Source: Candidatus Electrothrix sp. GW3-4
GTDB taxonomy: Bacteria; Desulfobacterota; Desulfobulbia; Desulfobulbales; Desulfobulbaceae
DNA length: 64,000 nucleotides
NCBI RefSeq assembly: GCF_037902255.1
Contig: NZ_CP147990.1
Coordinates: forward strand, 674,751-738,750
Reading direction: 5' to 3'
Part shown: positions 1 through 9,304 of the stretch, in pieces
Numbering within the stretch: the first letter of the stretch is position 1
Layout of the letters: every line of letters starts with the position of its first letter
Translations under genes and position numbers: made by a program
The notes under the pieces: generated by a model
Seen by the model: the letters and a program-made list of their open reading frames with translations, nothing else
Databases searched by the model: none
What the model was told of the DNA's origin: nothing

Positions 1-204
1 TTCGCTCGCCTCCAGTATCGGACGGGTTGTATTGCTTATATAATGAAAGTAGAGGGAAGTGGCTATAGTGTCAAGGTTTTTCTCTCTTTCCTTGTGTCGC
101 TATACTTCCTGCGCATCTTGCCGGAAAACTGTTGCCAAGGCCTGCCGGACAGTGTAGCCTTTCTTTATGAGATACCTAATCAATAGTACTGAGGAGAAAC
201 CGGT

Positions 205-531
205 ATGAAGGCACTCCGCACTCTGAAGCAGGTGCAGAATGGGCAGGTTCACCTGCATCTGCCCAAACAGTTCTGGGGACAGCAGGTTGAAATCATTGTG
301 CTCTCCGGGGCGCAGCAGGAAGGGGGTGAGGAGGCCGGAGCCTCTCTGCGCGGCTGTTTGCGGCAGTACGCGAATCCATCCCTGGCTGCGCAGGAAGAGG
401 GGGCTTGGGGCACTGCGGTGGAGGAAGCAGGATGGCGAGAACTGACTCCGTGCCGCTATGTCTCCTGCGTACCTTGCCGCGCTGCCCGTACCTGTGCCAA
501 TTCCTCGCGCCATTTCTCCAATAAAGGATAG
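205..531 (+). CDS. Small ORF; first ~40 aa resemble a SpoVT/AbrB-type (VapB-like) antitoxin fold (…QVQNGQVHLHLPKQFWGQQVEIIVL…). The C-terminal part is low-complexity and overlaps the convergent STAND gene.
   Basis: ORF track. Loose motif resemblance to VapB/MazE-type swapped-hairpin antitoxins. No PIN/toxin partner downstream. Confidence 0.2.
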   Translation: MKALRTLKQVQNGQVHLHLPKQFWGQQVEIIVLSGAQQEGGEEAGASLRGCLRQYANPSLAAQEEGAWGTAVEEAGWRELTPCRYVSCVPCRAARTCANSSRHFSNKG

Positions 532-2522
532 TCGATCCAATCTGCAATTTGCACAGCTACTGTAAGGTATTTCTCTGCTTGAACAAGGTTAAGTATATCT
601 TTATAGGTAAGCCCAATATTAAAGTATGTCACTGCTTCTCCGACCCTATCACCAGACTGCCGCCGTAGAACCAAGGCTTGTTCTAAATATTCCATGGCCT
701 TGTTATGATTTTCTTGAGAATGGTATATCGCAGCGATGTTGTTCAAGGTTTCTCCTGCTCCAATCTTGTCACCAGCCGCCCATCTGATAGGAAGAGCCTC
801 CTCTAAATATACCAAGGCTATCTCCCATTCATCTTGGTGCATATAAACGTTGGCAATATTATTCAAGGTCGTGCCTTCCCCTTCTTGACTACGGATTTCC
901 CGCCATATTTTTAGACTCTGCTTGAAATGGTGCAAGGCCAAGTCGTATCCTTCTTGAAGGGTGTGACTTTTTGCTATATTATTCAATGTTGCACCTTCTC
1001 CCTGCTTGTCACCTAACTCACGATATATTGGCAGGCTTTTCTCATACCATTCTAAGGCTTTCTTATGATCACCGCATCTCCCACAAGTGTACCCAAGACT
1101 GTTCAAGCACCAAGCTTCATCTCTACGACCGCCTATGTGTCGGGCAGCAGTTAAAGCTATTTTTAAGGCGATTTGTCGATCCACCCAATGTCCCTGCCTG
1201 TCTAAATACCTTGAGATTAAGTAAACAAAATCTGACACTTCATCCCACAGCTCATTATTTAGACAAGCCTCAAGGAAGCGCAAGTGGTGTCCCCGCTCAT
1301 CATTGGTGCAAACATATCCCTTTCTTCCGGGTAGCATATTAGAAACACAGAACCATTTATAATGGTCAGATAGCAATAGCAAGTTCTTCCTGCTCAAAGC
1401 CAGCTCAGTTCGGGCATAGGTATGCACCAACGCATGGCTTATCTGCCAGCGTTCCTCTTGCTTCTCCAGCAAACCATAATTAACCAGCTCACCCAACGCC
1501 TTCCGTGCCCGGCGTTCATCATCCTCAAGCACAGCCGCCACCGGTTCACGGGCTATCGGCGCAAAGGCCAAGGTACCTGCTACGCCCAGCGCAAGGCGGG
1601 CATCCTCGCTCACCTGCGCCACGCTACGCCGCAGCAGCAAGGCGGCATTCTCCTCCTGATGCGTACCGTCACCCAGTTCCTTGAACGGCTCTTTTTCCAA
1701 CCACTTCAAGTAATCTGCCGCGCTCTCACCCGTGCTGCTGAGATACCGGCCCGCAATGCGCAAACCCACGGGCCAGCCATCCAATATCTTGCAGATGCCC
1801 TGCACGCTTGCATCATCCGTCGTTGTAGGGGCACAGCGTGCTGTGCCCTTACTATGTAGCCGGAAGACCTCAGCTGCGGGCTGCTCCTCCAGCGGGGTCA
1901 GGTCAAGCCGGAAGCCCTGGGCATCGTCCCGCTTCCGACTGGTGATCAGCACCCCGCAGGTACTGCGCAGATCAAGCACGGCCTTGAGGTCATCCGCCTC
2001 CTCGGTTCCGTCCAAGATGATCAATGCCTTCCTGCCTGAGAGCACCTGCCGCACTGTGCTGGCAAGGCCCGTCTTTGCCTCCACCTGAAAGGCTACGCAA
2101 ATGGCTTGCAGGGCCTGCTCTGTTTGGGGATGTCCATAGAAGCTATGAAAGACTATGCCGTCCGGGAAGCGGGCTTTCTCCAGCTTATCCACTGCCTGCG
2201 CCGCCAAGGCTGACTTTCCCATGCCGCCCGGCCCGCACACAGCAACGACCTTGCCGGGTTGGAGCTGCTCCAATAAATCGGCAAGCTCCTTATCTCTGCC
2301 GAGGAAGCAGGCATCAAGGGGCTGGAGTTGACGGGGAATAACGGGCGGGGGAGTAGGCGGCGGCTGGTGATAATGAATGCCACCCTCCACATGGGCATGA
2401 TTGCCCAGCACACCAATTTGTGCATTCTGGGCATTTATCTGCTTACCGATAGCCTCATTCCCTTGGCCGATATTCTGCTCACCATCGCCACTGTGGTTGA
2501 AGGTATTGTCAGTCGTTCCCAT
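456..2522 (-). CDS. STAND NTPase of NB-ARC type with C-terminal TPR repeats and a short Q/N/G-rich N-terminal extension.
   Basis: Walker A GPGGMGKS, Walker B ALIILDG, then VLITSR (TTR-like) and GWPVGL (GxP-like) motifs. At least 5 TPR-like repeats (TLNNIAxxY…) in the C-terminal half. Start taken at ATG 2522 (MGTTDNTF…), which has AAGGA 11 nt upstream. The longer ORF start at 2624 is possible. Confidence 0.8.
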   Translation of the reverse strand: MGTTDNTFNHSGDGEQNIGQGNEAIGKQINAQNAQIGVLGNHAHVEGGIHYHQPPPTPPPVIPRQLQPLDACFLGRDKELADLLEQLQPGKVVAVCGPGGMGKSALAAQAVDKLEKARFPDGIVFHSFYGHPQTEQALQAICVAFQVEAKTGLASTVRQVLSGRKALIILDGTEEADDLKAVLDLRSTCGVLITSRKRDDAQGFRLDLTPLEEQPAAEVFRLHSKGTARCAPTTTDDASVQGICKILDGWPVGLRIAGRYLSSTGESAADYLKWLEKEPFKELGDGTHQEENAALLLRRSVAQVSEDARLALGVAGTLAFAPIAREPVAAVLEDDERRARKALGELVNYGLLEKQEERWQISHALVHTYARTELALSRKNLLLLSDHYKWFCVSNMLPGRKGYVCTNDERGHHLRFLEACLNNELWDEVSDFVYLISRYLDRQGHWVDRQIALKIALTAARHIGGRRDEAWCLNSLGYTCGRCGDHKKALEWYEKSLPIYRELGDKQGEGATLNNIAKSHTLQEGYDLALHHFKQSLKIWREIRSQEGEGTTLNNIANVYMHQDEWEIALVYLEEALPIRWAAGDKIGAGETLNNIAAIYHSQENHNKAMEYLEQALVLRRQSGDRVGEAVTYFNIGLTYKDILNLVQAEKYLTVAVQIADWIDYPLLEKWREELAQVRAARQGTQET

Positions 2523-2693
2523 AGATGATCTTGTTTCCTTTGATTGAGACCCCAGGTATCTTTTTATTATCCTAATCGTATAGTCTGTTTTATAAAAAAG
2601 GGCGAATGAAAAGGTTTTTTGCATCCTTGATGTGAATCAGGTAGAGTGATAGCCAGAACGGTTTCTTTGTCAAATTAACTGGACGTAATGTCA

Positions 2694-2848
2694 CTAACAC
2701 CTATGCAGCTTAACTACCCTACGCAGCTTCCCATCACCGACCGCAAGGACGAGATCGTCCAGGCCATTCAGGATAATCAGGTTATCGTTATTGCAGGCGA
2801 TACCGGCTCCGGCAAGACAACCCAGCTCCCCAAGATGTGCCTGGAATA
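2694..2848 (+). pseudogene. Diverged partial duplicate of the hrpA 5' end (MSLTPMQLNYPTQLPITDRKDEIVQAIQDNQVIVIAGDTGSGKTTQLPKMCLE) that breaks off after helicase motif I.
   Basis: About 90% nucleotide identity to 3790-3958 at the start of the intact hrpA. Homology ends abruptly at 2838/2839. Confidence 0.65.
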
Positions 2849-2985
2849 TATAACCAGCCTGGGGTAACACCTTGGGCCGGGGATATCTATACAGCTTGTC
2901 GCACAGACATCTTGACAATATGCATACCGAAAGATATCCTGAAGTATATTAATTATATCCTCAAAACTCAAAACAATACGACCTC

Positions 2986-3294
2986 ATGTTTAATCTGCAA
3001 CTGCAAGTCGATCCAAAAACGGAACAACGCCTGAAAGCAATTCTAGCGCATATGCAAAATGAAGAAACCTTTGCGCAAAACATCATTGCCTACCAAATTG
3101 CTGAACTTCAAAAAAGTCTGCTCAATATCCGGCTTGATTTAAAAGGCTTTGAAAATAAATATAAGCAGTCGAGTGAAAAATTCTACCGCCTGTATGAACA
3201 AGGACAGACCGATGACAGCGAAGATACGATGTTGTGGGCAGGTCTTTACGAAATGCTGCGTAATAATGAAGAGAGGCTGCGGGAACTCGCATGA
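2986..3294 (+). CDS. Hypothetical 102-aa protein, first gene of a 2-gene overlapping cassette.
   Basis: ORF track. Stop/start overlap ATGA with the next gene. Predicted helical/charged. No recognisable motif. Confidence 0.5.
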   Translation: MFNLQLQVDPKTEQRLKAILAHMQNEETFAQNIIAYQIAELQKSLLNIRLDLKGFENKYKQSSEKFYRLYEQGQTDDSEDTMLWAGLYEMLRNNEERLRELA

Positions 3295-3665
3295 TTGACC
3301 TCTACTTCCGGAATGTTGAACATATTATCCAGGAGTTTCCAAATATCCGCAGCTCCGCTCTCAAGAAAAAACAGTATAACGCCAAACAGGGATATATCAG
3401 CGGCTCTGTCCATTTTGACTCTGGAAGCCGTCTTGAGTTTATGGAACTCAAAGACACAGACAGATCAGCAAAGATAAAATATCGCTATCAGTATATGGAT
3501 CAACAGAATACCTGTCTCTTCCGATACGATAATGCACCACATCATCCCGAGATAACAACTCATCCTCACCATAAGCATAATGGGGAGGAGATTATCGCAA
3601 GTTGTGAGCCGACGTTATTTGATATTTTACTTGAGATTGCCGAACAAGAACGTGAAGACGAGTAG
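3291..3665 (+). CDS. Hypothetical 124-aa protein with a His-rich HHPEITTHPHHKH segment, second gene of the cassette.
   Basis: ORF track. Translational coupling to the upstream ORF. Family not recognised. Confidence 0.5.
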   Translation: MIDLYFRNVEHIIQEFPNIRSSALKKKQYNAKQGYISGSVHFDSGSRLEFMELKDTDRSAKIKYRYQYMDQQNTCLFRYDNAPHHPEITTHPHHKHNGEEIIASCEPTLFDILLEIAEQEREDE

Positions 3666-3757
3666 AGAAATCAGGGGGAAATCGCTCTTCTCAAAAGCCT
3701 CTCCTCTCACCCTCAGGTAAGTCCCCACCTTTGCATCCTCCCTGGTAATCGGGTAAA

Positions 3758-6700
3758 GTGGCAACCAGAAACGTTTTCCAAGAAAAACAATTGTGCGTAA
3801 CGCCACTAACACCTATGCAGCTCAACTACCCTACACAGCTCCCCATCACCGACCGCAAGGACGAGATCGTCCAGGCCGTTCGGGAACATCAGGTCATCGT
3901 TATTGCAGGCGATACCGGGTCCGGCAAGACAACCCAGCTCCCCAAGATGTGCCTGGAGGCAGGCCGGGCAGGGGAGGGGACCATGATCGGCTGTACCCAG
4001 CCCCGCCGTATTGCCGCCCTGTCAGTCACCGAGCGGGTGCAGGAGGAGCTGGGGCAGGTCCGGACGGTGGGGTCCAAGATTCGCTTTCAGGATCGCACCG
4101 GCCCGAAAACCCGGATCAAGTTCATGACCGACGGGATTCTTCTGGCCGAGACCCGGGGCGACCGCGATCTGCGGGCCTACGACACCCTGATCATTGACGA
4201 GGCCCATGAGCGCAGCCTGAACATCGACTTTCTGCTCGGCTATCTCCATCAATTGCTGGCCCGCCGTCAGGACCTCAAGCTGATCATTGCCTCGGCCACC
4301 ATTGATACCGAGAAATTCAGTAAGCATTTTCACGATGCCCCGATTATCCAGGTGGAAGGACGCACCTATCCGGTCACGGTGGAATACTGCCCCCCGGACA
4401 ACGATGACGATGAAAGCAATCAGGATATCGACCGGCTGGTTGCTGACCAGATTGTCAGGCTTATGGCGCGGCGCGGTGGGGATATCCTGGCCTTTCTCCC
4501 CACGGAACGGGACATCCTGGATACGGTGGCCTTGCTGCGTAAGGAGCTGGCTGACCGGGCCCTGATTCTGCCCCTGTTCGGACGGCTCCAGGGCGGGGAG
4601 CAGCGGCGTATTTTTCGTTCTGCGCAGCGGCGCAAGATCATTGTGGCCACCAATGTGGCAGAGACCTCCATCACTGTGCCGGGCATAGAATGCGTGGTGG
4701 ACACTGGCTTGGCGCGGATCGCCCATTATAATGTGCGGGCCGGGACCACCCATCTGCCCGTGACCAGGATTGCCAGGGCCAGTTGCGACCAGCGAGCCGG
4801 GCGTTGTGGTCGGGTAGGGCCAGGGCGTTGTATCCGCCTCTACAGCGAGGAGGATTATCTTGCCCGCGATGAGTTCACCCTGCCGGAGATCCAGCGTTCC
4901 AATCTGGCTGAGGTTATTCTCCAGATGCTCAGTCTTCGCCTGCCTGAGCCGCGCAATTTTCCCTTTATCGATCCGCCAGCACCCAGAGCGGTCAATGACG
5001 GCTTTCGTATTCTTCGGGAACTGGGGGCCCTTGACAGCGAGCACCAACTCACCGAGCGGGGCCGGATCATGGCTCGCCTGCCCCTGGACCCGCGCATCTC
5101 CCGGATGATTATCGAAGGCGCGGAACTGGGCGTGCTCCGGGAAACCACGATCATTGCCGCAGCCCTGGCTATTCAGGACCCCCGTGTCCAGCCGCCGGAT
5201 AAGCTGGAAAAGGCCCGGCAGGCCCACCGGGCCTTCAATTATCCCGGCTCGGATGTCATGACCCTGGTGAATATGTGGGATACCTGTCGAGGTGAAGCCC
5301 TGCCTTCGCCCGGTTCGTCTGATAAAGGGCAGAGTCGCCAGGATGATAAAGAGCAGACACGGGAAGCTGCCCCTACACCATCAGCCGGTCAGTTGCGCCG
5401 TTTTTGCGAGGCCAATTTCTGCTCCTGGCAGCGGATGCGGGAATGGTTTGATATTCATGAGCAGATCCTCCGTATCCTCAAGCAGCATAAGGAATTTGTC
5501 TCGGCCTTGGATCGTATGGCCGAATCGTCGTCTTTGCAGAATAATGTAGGGACACGGCATGCCGTGTCCCTACCGGAATCGCAGGATCGTAGGGGCGAAC
5601 CTTGTGATCGCCCGTTACGTTCCCCATCAAACCGTAGGGACGAACCCCTGTGTTCGCCCGGTTTATCTGATAAAGGGCAGACACGGGGATCTGCCCCTAC
5701 AGCACCAACCCTGGTTCATCAGGCCCTGACCGCAGGATTCCTGCGCAACATTGCCCTGCGCAAGGAAAAGAATACCTATCAGATCTCCGGCAACCGGGAG
5801 GCCATGCTCTTTCCCGGTTCCGGCCTGTATAATAAGGGGGGACAGTGGATCGTGGCAGCGGATTTTGTCCATACCTCGCAGCTCTTTGCCCGCATGGCCG
5901 CCACGATTGAGGTGGACTGGCTGGAACGCCTCGGCGGTGATCTCTGCAAACGCTCCTACTCGGACCCGCATTGGCAGAAAAAGTCCGGGCAGGTCATTGC
6001 CCTGGAAAAGGTCTCCCTGTTCGGTTTGGTGATTGCTGCGGATCGGCGGGTGAACTACGGGCGCATCAGCAAGAAAACAGCAGCGGAAGCCAAGGAGATT
6101 TTTATCCGGGAGGCTTTGATCCCCGGTGAACTCAAGGGCAAATATCCCTTTCTTGAGCATAATCTGGCCCTGGCTCGGCAACAGGAAGAGCTGGAGGAAC
6201 GCCTGCGTAGGCGCGGCATCATGACTGATGAGCAGGTTCTGTACGAGTTCTATGATCAGCGGCTGGAACTGGTGTATGACCGCTTCACCCTGAACCGCTT
6301 TTTGAGCAGGAAACGCAAGCAGGCCAAGCCCGGTGAAGAAGCGGACGGCTTTCTCAGGATGACAGAGGAAGATCTTTGCCAAAGCCAACCGGAAAGCGAT
6401 GAGCTGTATCGCTTTCCGAAAACCCTGACCACACCTCAAGGCGAGTTGCGTCTTTCGTATACCTTCCACCCTGGTCAGGATGACGACGGCGTGACTGTGG
6501 ATATCCCGGTCTCCTGCTGTCCGGCCCTGTCACCGAATCTCTTTGAGTGGCTGGTGCCCGGTCTGCTGGAGGACAAGGTGGCGGCCTTGCTCAAGGGGCT
6601 GCCCAAACGCCTGCGCAAGCTCTTTGTCCCTTTGCCGGACACGGCGGCCCTGCTCATGGACGGTATGGATCTCTACCAAGGTTCCCTGTACCCGGCCCTG

Positions 6701-7873
6701 GAGCGTTTTCTTCTCCGTCATTTTCAGGTCAGGGTGACACGGGCGGACTGGCAATTGGAGAATCTCCCCCTCCACCTGCGTATGCGTTTCCGTCTCTGCG
6801 ACGAGCAGGGAAAGGCTCTGTATTACACGCGTGATTTCCATAAGCTTGCTCTACATTGCGGTTCAATGCGGCAGACAATGCAGGGAGGGCAGATGCGGAA
6901 GGTCGAAGACCTGCCAGAAAGAAAGAATATCCAGGTATGGGATTTTGCCGTGGCTCCGCGCCCTCTGCCTGCACGGGACGAGCATAACCGGGTCACGGGC
7001 CTCTACTATCCGGCTTTGTTCCTGGGATTGAGCAAGGGGCAGGAGCAGCAGCTTTGCCTGAGGTATATTGCCGACCCTGAGCAGGCAGTTCGAGAGAACA
7101 GAAAGGGGCTTCGTTTCCTCTATGGGCAGTATTTCAGCAAGGAGTTTAAGGCGGTTGCCAAGGAATGCAAGGCAGCGGTGGCCGGGCATACCGCCTCCTG
7201 GCTCTCTCTTGGGATGAAGGCCGGGGCCGGAGAAACCAGGGACCTGTTGCTCAACTGTATTGTGGACAGCCTGTTTCAGATTAGCGGGGACCTACCGAAC
7301 AAGACTGGCTTTGAGCTGATCCTTGACGATCTCCGGGAGCAGGGAGTGACCCGACTGGCGAGGGAGCAGCTCAATCAGGTGCTGGATCTGCTGGCGGAAC
7401 GCCGCAAGACTCAGGTCGCCCTGACGCAAAGTAAACAACGGGCCGGGAAAAGTCGGAGTGCGGATCAGGCCCGCTTTGCCGAATATGAGGACTTACTTGA
7501 GAGACTGGTACCTGCGGATTTCCTTGATCGATTTTCTCCAGAAGAGGCCGGTGACCGAAAGCGGTACCTTCAGGCCCTGGCCAAGCGGGTAGAACGGGCC
7601 GAGCATAGTCCGCATAAGGATGCGGATAAGGTCAAGAGGGTTCAGCCCTTTGCTGAGCATCTCCGTCAGCTGGATCGGAAAGAGGCGGAGCAGAAAGCAG
7701 GCGGGAGCATTTCGGCTCCCTGCCGGGAGGCTGTGGTCCTGTATCGCCGCATGGTGGAGGAGTTCCGTATATCTGTCTTTGCCCCGGAAATCGGTACAGC
7801 CATGCCAGTCTCAGAAAAACGGCTGAAGCAGCAATGGAAGCTGGTGGAGGAGAGCTGCAGGAGGGTGGAATAA
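3758..7873 (+). CDS. hrpA: ATP-dependent RNA helicase HrpA (DEAH-box), carrying a low-complexity insertion.
   Basis: GDTGSGKTTQLP motif I, DEAHERS motif II, SAT, and the HA2/OB region. An alternative start at ATG 3815 (MQLNYP…) is possible. Residues ~515-650 are encoded by repeat-derived DNA (see the repeat feature). Confidence 0.9.
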   Translation: MATRNVFQEKQLCVTPLTPMQLNYPTQLPITDRKDEIVQAVREHQVIVIAGDTGSGKTTQLPKMCLEAGRAGEGTMIGCTQPRRIAALSVTERVQEELGQVRTVGSKIRFQDRTGPKTRIKFMTDGILLAETRGDRDLRAYDTLIIDEAHERSLNIDFLLGYLHQLLARRQDLKLIIASATIDTEKFSKHFHDAPIIQVEGRTYPVTVEYCPPDNDDDESNQDIDRLVADQIVRLMARRGGDILAFLPTERDILDTVALLRKELADRALILPLFGRLQGGEQRRIFRSAQRRKIIVATNVAETSITVPGIECVVDTGLARIAHYNVRAGTTHLPVTRIARASCDQRAGRCGRVGPGRCIRLYSEEDYLARDEFTLPEIQRSNLAEVILQMLSLRLPEPRNFPFIDPPAPRAVNDGFRILRELGALDSEHQLTERGRIMARLPLDPRISRMIIEGAELGVLRETTIIAAALAIQDPRVQPPDKLEKARQAHRAFNYPGSDVMTLVNMWDTCRGEALPSPGSSDKGQSRQDDKEQTREAAPTPSAGQLRRFCEANFCSWQRMREWFDIHEQILRILKQHKEFVSALDRMAESSSLQNNVGTRHAVSLPESQDRRGEPCDRPLRSPSNRRDEPLCSPGLSDKGQTRGSAPTAPTLVHQALTAGFLRNIALRKEKNTYQISGNREAMLFPGSGLYNKGGQWIVAADFVHTSQLFARMAATIEVDWLERLGGDLCKRSYSDPHWQKKSGQVIALEKVSLFGLVIAADRRVNYGRISKKTAAEAKEIFIREALIPGELKGKYPFLEHNLALARQQEELEERLRRRGIMTDEQVLYEFYDQRLELVYDRFTLNRFLSRKRKQAKPGEEADGFLRMTEEDLCQSQPESDELYRFPKTLTTPQGELRLSYTFHPGQDDDGVTVDIPVSCCPALSPNLFEWLVPGLLEDKVAALLKGLPKRLRKLFVPLPDTAALLMDGMDLYQGSLYPALERFLLRHFQVRVTRADWQLENLPLHLRMRFRLCDEQGKALYYTRDFHKLALHCGSMRQTMQGGQMRKVEDLPERKNIQVWDFAVAPRPLPARDEHNRVTGLYYPALFLGLSKGQEQQLCLRYIADPEQAVRENRKGLRFLYGQYFSKEFKAVAKECKAAVAGHTASWLSLGMKAGAGETRDLLLNCIVDSLFQISGDLPNKTGFELILDDLREQGVTRLAREQLNQVLDLLAERRKTQVALTQSKQRAGKSRSADQARFAEYEDLLERLVPADFLDRFSPEEAGDRKRYLQALAKRVERAEHSPHKDADKVKRVQPFAEHLRQLDRKEAEQKAGGSISAPCREAVVLYRRMVEEFRISVFAPEIGTAMPVSEKRLKQQWKLVEESCRRVE
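5547..5661. repeat. Three tandem REP-like palindromic units inside hrpA, translated in frame: 5547-5573 GTAGGGACACGGCATGCCGTGTCCCTAC (perfect 28-bp palindrome), 5589-5618, and 5634-5660.
   Basis: Palindromes read directly in the sequence. A related unit TGTAGGGGCGAATCCCTGTGTTCGTCC sits intergenically at 43925-43951. Confidence 0.65.
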
Positions 7874-7974
7874 TGGAAAGGAACGACCTGGTAAAACCAG
7901 ATAAAATCAGGAGGATCTATTAAACAGGTCGTTTGATAATGCGGAACCTTTGTACCAAAATAATATTGCTGATT

Positions 7975-8862
7975 TTACAAAAAACCTATTTTTAGCCTTT
8001 CTTTTGGCCATGCCCACGCTGTCAGATTGCTCATAAATGCTCCTGCAAAACACCCGCAATTTGAACAATCGGCATTATTCCCAAAGCATCGTCTCGTGTT
8101 CCATGAAGCATCAAAATGACGTGCCTCATCGCCCCAGTAACACCAGCCTCGATGGTCGGTTTTTTCATACCAGCTGATCATTGAATCATTCAGCAAAAAG
8201 TCGTTCGGATAGCGCGATTTCACTCTTCGAAGCTCCTGAAGAATCTCTCTACGGAGACTCTTTGCAGGAACTATGGGGTCGGTATCTTTGTCATCCCCGG
8301 TTTTAGACATGTAGATATTGCAGACAACGCCTGAAAAATTGTGTTCCTGAGAAGCCCGTACCAGCTGTTCAAGTTCAGTGTAATTTTGGCCGTTGACTGT
8401 CATATTGATGATGATCCGCTTATCACCGGAATAGTTTTTCAGAATTTTAGAAAAAACGCCTTGGCCTCGTATTTTGTCATTGGTTTTCTCGGTGCCCTCA
8501 ACAGATACATACAGAGGATGTTTGAATTCCAGAGGAATTTTTATAGTTCCATTTGTGATAATATACACAAAGGGGAAAATTTTATCCGCCAACATCAACA
8601 CATCTGGTCTTAACGCTGGTTCACCACCTACTAACAAAACGAGGCGAACTCCAGACTGATAGAGATCATGCAACCGTTCTTCCCATTGTGTTATAGGGGT
8701 AACCTCTTTTGAAAAATTTTTTTTCCCATAAAAATGATAACAATGCTCACACCTGAGATTACAGGCATCAGTGACATCAAACTCAGCCATAAACTTGGTT
8801 CCAAATACTTTCCGTTTCAGCTCAAAGAAGCCAAGTTGCGTTAACTTTATGAATTTATCCAC
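7975..8862 (-). CDS. Radical SAM enzyme with a C-terminal Cys-rich auxiliary-cluster (SPASM/twitch-like) region.
   Basis: CNLRCEHCY CxxxCxxC motif near the N-terminus. C-terminal CYWGDE…CFGNNADCSNCGCF. No precursor-peptide ORF found nearby. Confidence 0.8.
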   Translation of the reverse strand: MDKFIKLTQLGFFELKRKVFGTKFMAEFDVTDACNLRCEHCYHFYGKKNFSKEVTPITQWEERLHDLYQSGVRLVLLVGGEPALRPDVLMLADKIFPFVYIITNGTIKIPLEFKHPLYVSVEGTEKTNDKIRGQGVFSKILKNYSGDKRIIINMTVNGQNYTELEQLVRASQEHNFSGVVCNIYMSKTGDDKDTDPIVPAKSLRREILQELRRVKSRYPNDFLLNDSMISWYEKTDHRGWCYWGDEARHFDASWNTRRCFGNNADCSNCGCFAGAFMSNLTAWAWPKERLKIGFL

Positions 8863-9084
8863 TTTTATTTGGTTGTTTTATTGGTTACATTGATGACCAA
8901 GCTTCATGAGCATACCTGTTACTTTGCGTGTGCAGTGCGCGTTTGGTGCAAGCCGCTGCCCCTGTTGATAAAGGGGTGGCGAGTTCATCTCAATACCCGC
9001 ACCTTGTCAAAGGTATAGCTGACTTTTCGACTGATTTCAATTGAATTCATGTAACCTGTATTAACGTTTGACGGAGCAATTTCC

Positions 9085-9190
9085 GGTCTCGCTCTTTGCC
9101 CCGGAAATTGGCACGGCCATGCCTGTCTCTGAGAAACGGCTGAAGGAGCAATGGCAGCAGGTGGAGGAGAGTTGTCGGCGGGTGGAGTGA
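9085..9190 (+). pseudogene. Diverged duplicate of the hrpA 3' end, encoding …LFAPEIGTAMPVSEKRLKEQWQQVEESCRRVE*.
   Basis: About 85% nucleotide identity to 7770-7873. The differences are mostly synonymous. Confidence 0.65.
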
Positions 9191-9304
9191 GGTTGCCCGT
9201 TTGAAAAAAATATCCAGAAACGTGTAGATGTTGATTTGTTTTTTGAAGTATTCTGTTAGCTGCTGTTCAATCCGTCTATAATCTCATCAACGATTACATC
9301 CATC

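Noticed and set aside
4022-5227. 401-aa minus-strand ORF inside hrpA.
   Set aside because: It is antisense to conserved helicase motifs of hrpA and is Gly/Pro/Arg-rich, typical of GC-rich antisense frames.
7975-8862. Radical SAM protein as a prokaryotic viperin.
   Set aside because: Viperins lack the additional C-terminal Cys cluster seen here, and their core motif context differs. I kept it as an unclassified radical SAM.
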